From Bdellovibrionota bacterium (GTDB taxonomy: Bacteria > Bdellovibrionota_C > UBA2361 > OMII01), in the NCBI GenBank assembly GCA_044356215.1, contig JBIKWQ010000062.1, positions 1 to 19,804 on the forward strand: a DNA stretch of 19,804 bases. Direction: 5' to 3'. Shown one piece after another: positions 16,324 to 19,804 of the stretch. A program made the translations under genes and the position numbers. Positions within the stretch are counted from its first letter, which is position 1, and each line of letters begins with the position of its first letter. Under the pieces are notes generated by a model, which saw only the letters and a list, made by a program, of their open reading frames with translations, was not told the DNA's origin and did not search any database.

Positions 16324-18108
16324 TTATTCAGATGGTGTGACCACGCTCGCGGTAGCTAGATTTTGAATGTCAACTACGGTATGCCTGGCCGATTTAAATA
16401 CAGCCCGGTCACGGATCAATTCACTTAAGAACAGAGGACTCGAACCGACCATCTGCCGTGCCTGGCGTGATTCACTACCGAACGGCTCAAAGTATTCGGG
16501 AGGGCTGATTAAATCCGTGCTTTTTATGATCAGATGGGTAACTTTGTAGTCGCGCGCCAGCGCGATAATAGGATCAGGTGTAACGGCCGAATAAGCGGCG
16601 ATAATAGCGCGGGTCCTTCGGCGCATCTCTAAAAGAAAGTCTCTGTGAAAAACCTGATGACCCTCTCCGAAAACTAGGACCTGTTTACCTGTATAAAGAG
16701 GCACGGCGTTTATCACCCCGACCGGCCAAGAGGCTATTACAACGTTTCCTGGGAGCTTATCGATGAACGAGAGCAGCGCTCCATGAGCGGAGAATGTCGA
16801 TAACCGTTTAACTTGTAACCACGGCCAACCGAGATAGATTATGATCAGAGCTCCACAGATGGCTGTGGTAACCTCCTTTAGCGCGGGCTTGAGCTTAAAG
16901 GAGAGAGCATGGATGGCCGCTCCCCAAATAGCCGGGAAGATCACCGGAGTCAGACAAACAACACCGAGCCCGATATACCGAGACGGGATATAGAGAAGGG
17001 GAAAAGAGAGTGTCGCCGCCAAGAATGAGATCGGCATAGCGACCCCAAAAATCAAACATCTAAGAGCGTGCGGAGATATAGCTGAGCGATATTTAACTAA
17101 GAGCACTAAACCAATTGTAGCAGTCAAGAGCATTACGATCCCAGCTTCAATCCGATTTTCGAGGTGATAAAGCGCGTCGCTGATAGCGGATTCATCGGCT
17201 AGTCTTGCGGTTCTCTTAGCTTTTACTCCTGAGATTAGATTCGCGATCTCACGCGGAACCTTTACAAAAAAATCAGTCGGAACACCCCGATCTCCCTGCG
17301 TGTAGCGACCGCGCGGGCCCCACTCCGCGAACTCACGCTCCGCGGAGATAGAGAGACGCTCCCCGAATTCTGAACCGTTCCAAAGTAACGGGGCCACGGT
17401 AAGAGCCGAGAAAACGGCGCTTAGTCCAAGAGAGACAAAACGTTTCTTGAGCCCCCATGAAGAGATCGACCCGCGGTATTGTTTTGGGAGGAGAGAAAGG
17501 AGACCTAGTGTTGTAAGAAGAAACACACCGGCTGCCGGGTAAAAGCTTGTAGCTACAACACTTAAAACCATCAGACCGACCAGTCTTCCTTGAATACCAA
17601 GATAGAGGGCTAGCGAGAGAAGAAAGAATCCAAAGCCCCTCTGTATTCCCCCCATGAAAGGCATACTCTTAATGACACCCGCGGAGGCCATGAAGAAAGC
17701 CAACGCGGCGGCGCTTGCTCCGGCTAATCTAAAGGCGCTTAGAGCAGAGAGAGTGATGAATCCGAAACTAAGAATAACTGTGATGATCTTAGCCGCTATC
17801 GCAGGGGCGTAGGCGATCGTCGCGACGGCATAGGTCCATTTAAACACCGGTGGGATGATCGCCTTTAAGTAATATCGCGCCGTGTAATCAGCGACGGTAT
17901 CGTTTGATTGGCGCGAGAACCACATCGGAGCGATGTGCTGATAAGCGTCACCGTTTATTGAGTAGGGGTCTAGAAGTGCAAAAACACGCGCCTTAAGCGG
18001 TGCCCAGAGAACAAAAGCCGTGAGCGCCACAACGGAGCAGATCAACCCCAGCGCCGCTAGGCGGCGTGTCCAGTGTGTTTTACTTAGGGGTGGCAGATTG
18101 GGTGTCAC
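16324..18108 (-). CDS. Multi-pass membrane protein, probable GT-C superfamily glycosyltransferase
   Basis: About 12 TM segments, a first-loop NGDAYQH motif, a PSRY motif and a C-terminal soluble domain ending ARDYKVTHLII, as in many GT-C proteins. GTG start. Confidence 0.62.
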   Translation of the reverse strand: MTPNLPPLSKTHWTRRLAALGLICSVVALTAFVLWAPLKARVFALLDPYSINGDAYQHIAPMWFSRQSNDTVADYTARYYLKAIIPPVFKWTYAVATIAYAPAIAAKIITVILSFGFITLSALSAFRLAGASAAALAFFMASAGVIKSMPFMGGIQRGFGFFLLSLALYLGIQGRLVGLMVLSVVATSFYPAAGVFLLTTLGLLSLLPKQYRGSISSWGLKKRFVSLGLSAVFSALTVAPLLWNGSEFGERLSISAEREFAEWGPRGRYTQGDRGVPTDFFVKVPREIANLISGVKAKRTARLADESAISDALYHLENRIEAGIVMLLTATIGLVLLVKYRSAISPHALRCLIFGVAMPISFLAATLSFPLLYIPSRYIGLGVVCLTPVIFPAIWGAAIHALSFKLKPALKEVTTAICGALIIIYLGWPWLQVKRLSTFSAHGALLSFIDKLPGNVVIASWPVGVINAVPLYTGKQVLVFGEGHQVFHRDFLLEMRRRTRAIIAAYSAVTPDPIIALARDYKVTHLIIKSTDLISPPEYFEPFGSESRQARQMVGSSPLFLSELIRDRAVFKSARHTVVDIQNLATASVVTPSE

Positions 18109-18383
18109 TCGGGGATAGAATTTCTTTGAGCTTTGTTAAACTCTGATGATATCCCTCACGCACGGGATTTTCAGCGCTGAACTTTTTCTCCGCTCAGTCT
18201 ACAGTCTGGGATATGTTTTGCGCTACTAGATGAATAAAATATTCTAACCACGCAGCAAATGCAGTCCTAAGACACCACAATGCAGCTTATTTAGCGATGC
18301 AATGACAGTAAAGATCTAATAATCAGGTGAGAAATTACGAATATTGCTCGCATGTAGTAGTCTTCCGCCACCCAGGCATCTGC

Positions 18384-19472
18384 TTAGTGTGCGGGCGCTA
18401 AATCTGCTTTTTCAGTTTTCTCCACGAGTTTCCCCAGTGAACCTATGAAGTGAGCTCGTCCGGTGTAGTTACTCGTGTCTCCTGCTTCTTCCTTTGTCTT
18501 TCTGGCTAACTTGCCAATAACATTTGGGAGGTTTTCAGCTACAACAATCGTCACTGCTCCTGCTCGCATCCCAGAAAAAGCTCCACCTGCTGAATTCTCG
18601 AAAACTATCATGTCATCGGTAGGAGCGTCCGGTGATTCTTGGCCATCAGACAATCGATGTCGTAGGAGCTTCCATGGGTGCGGCTGAGGTTTATGCTGAC
18701 CTTCAGGAACGCAATCAGAGAAAACAGTTGCTTTGAAATACCGCATCAAATCGAGCTTCTCTAAGAGCGGCCTAACTACATGGCTCGGGCTTGAGGTGCA
18801 TACCCCCTGAGCGACCCCTAGTTTATAAAGCAACTCGATCGACTCCTTCGCGAATGGGCAGCTTCTTACAACAACCTCGCTCAGGGCGTTGATTCTTTTG
18901 TGGAGAGCCGGATTTTGTTCGTCGTCTGTCTTCCTTATCCTAAGTTCGACCGGATCTCCGGGACCCTTACTATTAACGAACACAGCGTGATCAATATAAA
19001 AGTTGAAAATCTCCCTACGTTTTTCGCTTATGTCCCGTGCTACATCTTCCACTGTTTTTTCTGCTGAATTATCGAGATTAAATCTCGAGAAAATGTCCGG
19101 GTATTCTTGATTTAGGTGACTAGCTATCACGATGCTTGTCTCGTCGGGTGGAAGTCCAAATGCAGCGCGAAAGCCAGATCCATTCCAGTGACTTTTTCTA
19201 ATCTGCCCTTCACTATCTGCCAACTCGGCTATAGCCAGAATGCAAATGACTCGGTGAAGACGCTCTGTGTATGCTATCGTTCCGTCGAAATCCCACCCAA
19301 CGTGTTTTATTCCCGCTCTCGATATTACTTGCTCAAGGAGCGTGCTGAAAGTGGCGTCGGGGATTATTTTAGGCGCATTAATGTTCCTGCTTAGGGTGTG
19401 CCCCTGGTCAGAATAAACAATTTTCTTCGAATGCGGATGTGCAGCTCCTGTATCTTGAGATTGGTCTCTCAT
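18384..19472 (-). CDS. HAD-superfamily (IA-type, C1 cap) phosphatase/hydrolase with an enlarged cap
   Basis: Motif I WDFDGT, motif II CTSS, motif III HKPQP and motif IV VFENSAGG. Confidence 0.85.
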   Translation of the reverse strand: MRDQSQDTGAAHPHSKKIVYSDQGHTLSRNINAPKIIPDATFSTLLEQVISRAGIKHVGWDFDGTIAYTERLHRVICILAIAELADSEGQIRKSHWNGSGFRAAFGLPPDETSIVIASHLNQEYPDIFSRFNLDNSAEKTVEDVARDISEKRREIFNFYIDHAVFVNSKGPGDPVELRIRKTDDEQNPALHKRINALSEVVVRSCPFAKESIELLYKLGVAQGVCTSSPSHVVRPLLEKLDLMRYFKATVFSDCVPEGQHKPQPHPWKLLRHRLSDGQESPDAPTDDMIVFENSAGGAFSGMRAGAVTIVVAENLPNVIGKLARKTKEEAGDTSNYTGRAHFIGSLGKLVEKTEKADLAPAH

Positions 19473-19677
19473 AATTTAAAGGTTCCTGGATGATAGCATC
19501 GTCGCCATGAAACTCTCTCGCTCCGCATGTCGCGAAATGAGAATTAGCGACTAAATGTAGGATAGCCCACTAAAAAATTTGGGCAGCAAAATGGAGTTAT
19601 AAAACTCCGGCGACAAAAATAAGACGGACGTAGGCTAATACCTTCGAAGAGTCACGTCAAGCATTAACCGGGGATAG

Positions 19678-19804
19678 TAGGGCGTCGCAGTGTTTTTGGT
19701 AAGCTGCTGAGACAATTAGTAAAATATTTTTTACCACAGAGGACGCAGAGGACACAGAGAAAACCCCATAATTGCCCATAAAATGGCCGTTCTCTGTGTC
19801 CTCT
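19678..19804 (+). mobile_element. Second MITE copy, truncated by the window end
   Basis: 127/127 identical to 8070-8196, starting at the same TIR base, with a different left flank (CGGGGATAG). Confidence 0.93.

Noticed and set aside
18235..18290. TAAAATATTCTAACCAC and repeated AATGCAG as a further MITE remnant
   Set aside because: The match is short and AT-rich with no TIR similarity, so it cannot be distinguished from chance.
649..19394. Remaining short ORFs of 60-143 aa in the track (for example 649-894, 7574-7897, 9823-10254, 13527-13862, 19116-19394)
   Set aside because: They are shadow ORFs overlapping well-supported genes or repeats, with no recognisable motifs.
8070..19804. A single composite transposon bounded by the two identical MITEs
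   Set aside because: Copy 1 has its own 9-bp duplication on both sides, which indicates an independent insertion. The enclosed genes include a tRNA and look chromosomal.

Overview
This bacterial chromosomal window has moderate GC and 15 credible CDS: a VanX/DdpX-type D-Ala-D-Ala dipeptidase, an archaeal-type ATPase/wHTH/PD-(D/E)XK protein, a TauE/SafE permease, two GT-C-like membrane proteins, a wHTH regulator, a DUF4397-like secreted protein, a LivK-like binding protein, a lipoprotein with Tiki/TraB/EreA-like motifs, a membrane J-domain protein, a cobalamin-binding regulator with a C-terminal XRE HTH, an FGGY kinase, a HAD hydrolase and two orphans. It also holds one tRNA-Thr(CGU). The most striking features are non-coding. 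(1) A 163-bp MITE (8070-8232) has perfect 14-bp terminal inverted repeats, a 9-bp target-site duplication and an internal perfect 29-bp hairpin built from 9-nt units. An identical second copy runs off the window end (19678-19804), and a decayed third copy lies on the minus strand (about 6905-7056). (2) Two tandem 41-bp palindromes cover the probable promoter and the start codon of the ATPase gene. (3) The B12 regulator has the CarH-type Wx9EH photoreceptor motif but a C-terminal XRE HTH instead of an N-terminal MerR HTH. All family calls come from motifs read by eye, and no database search was run.
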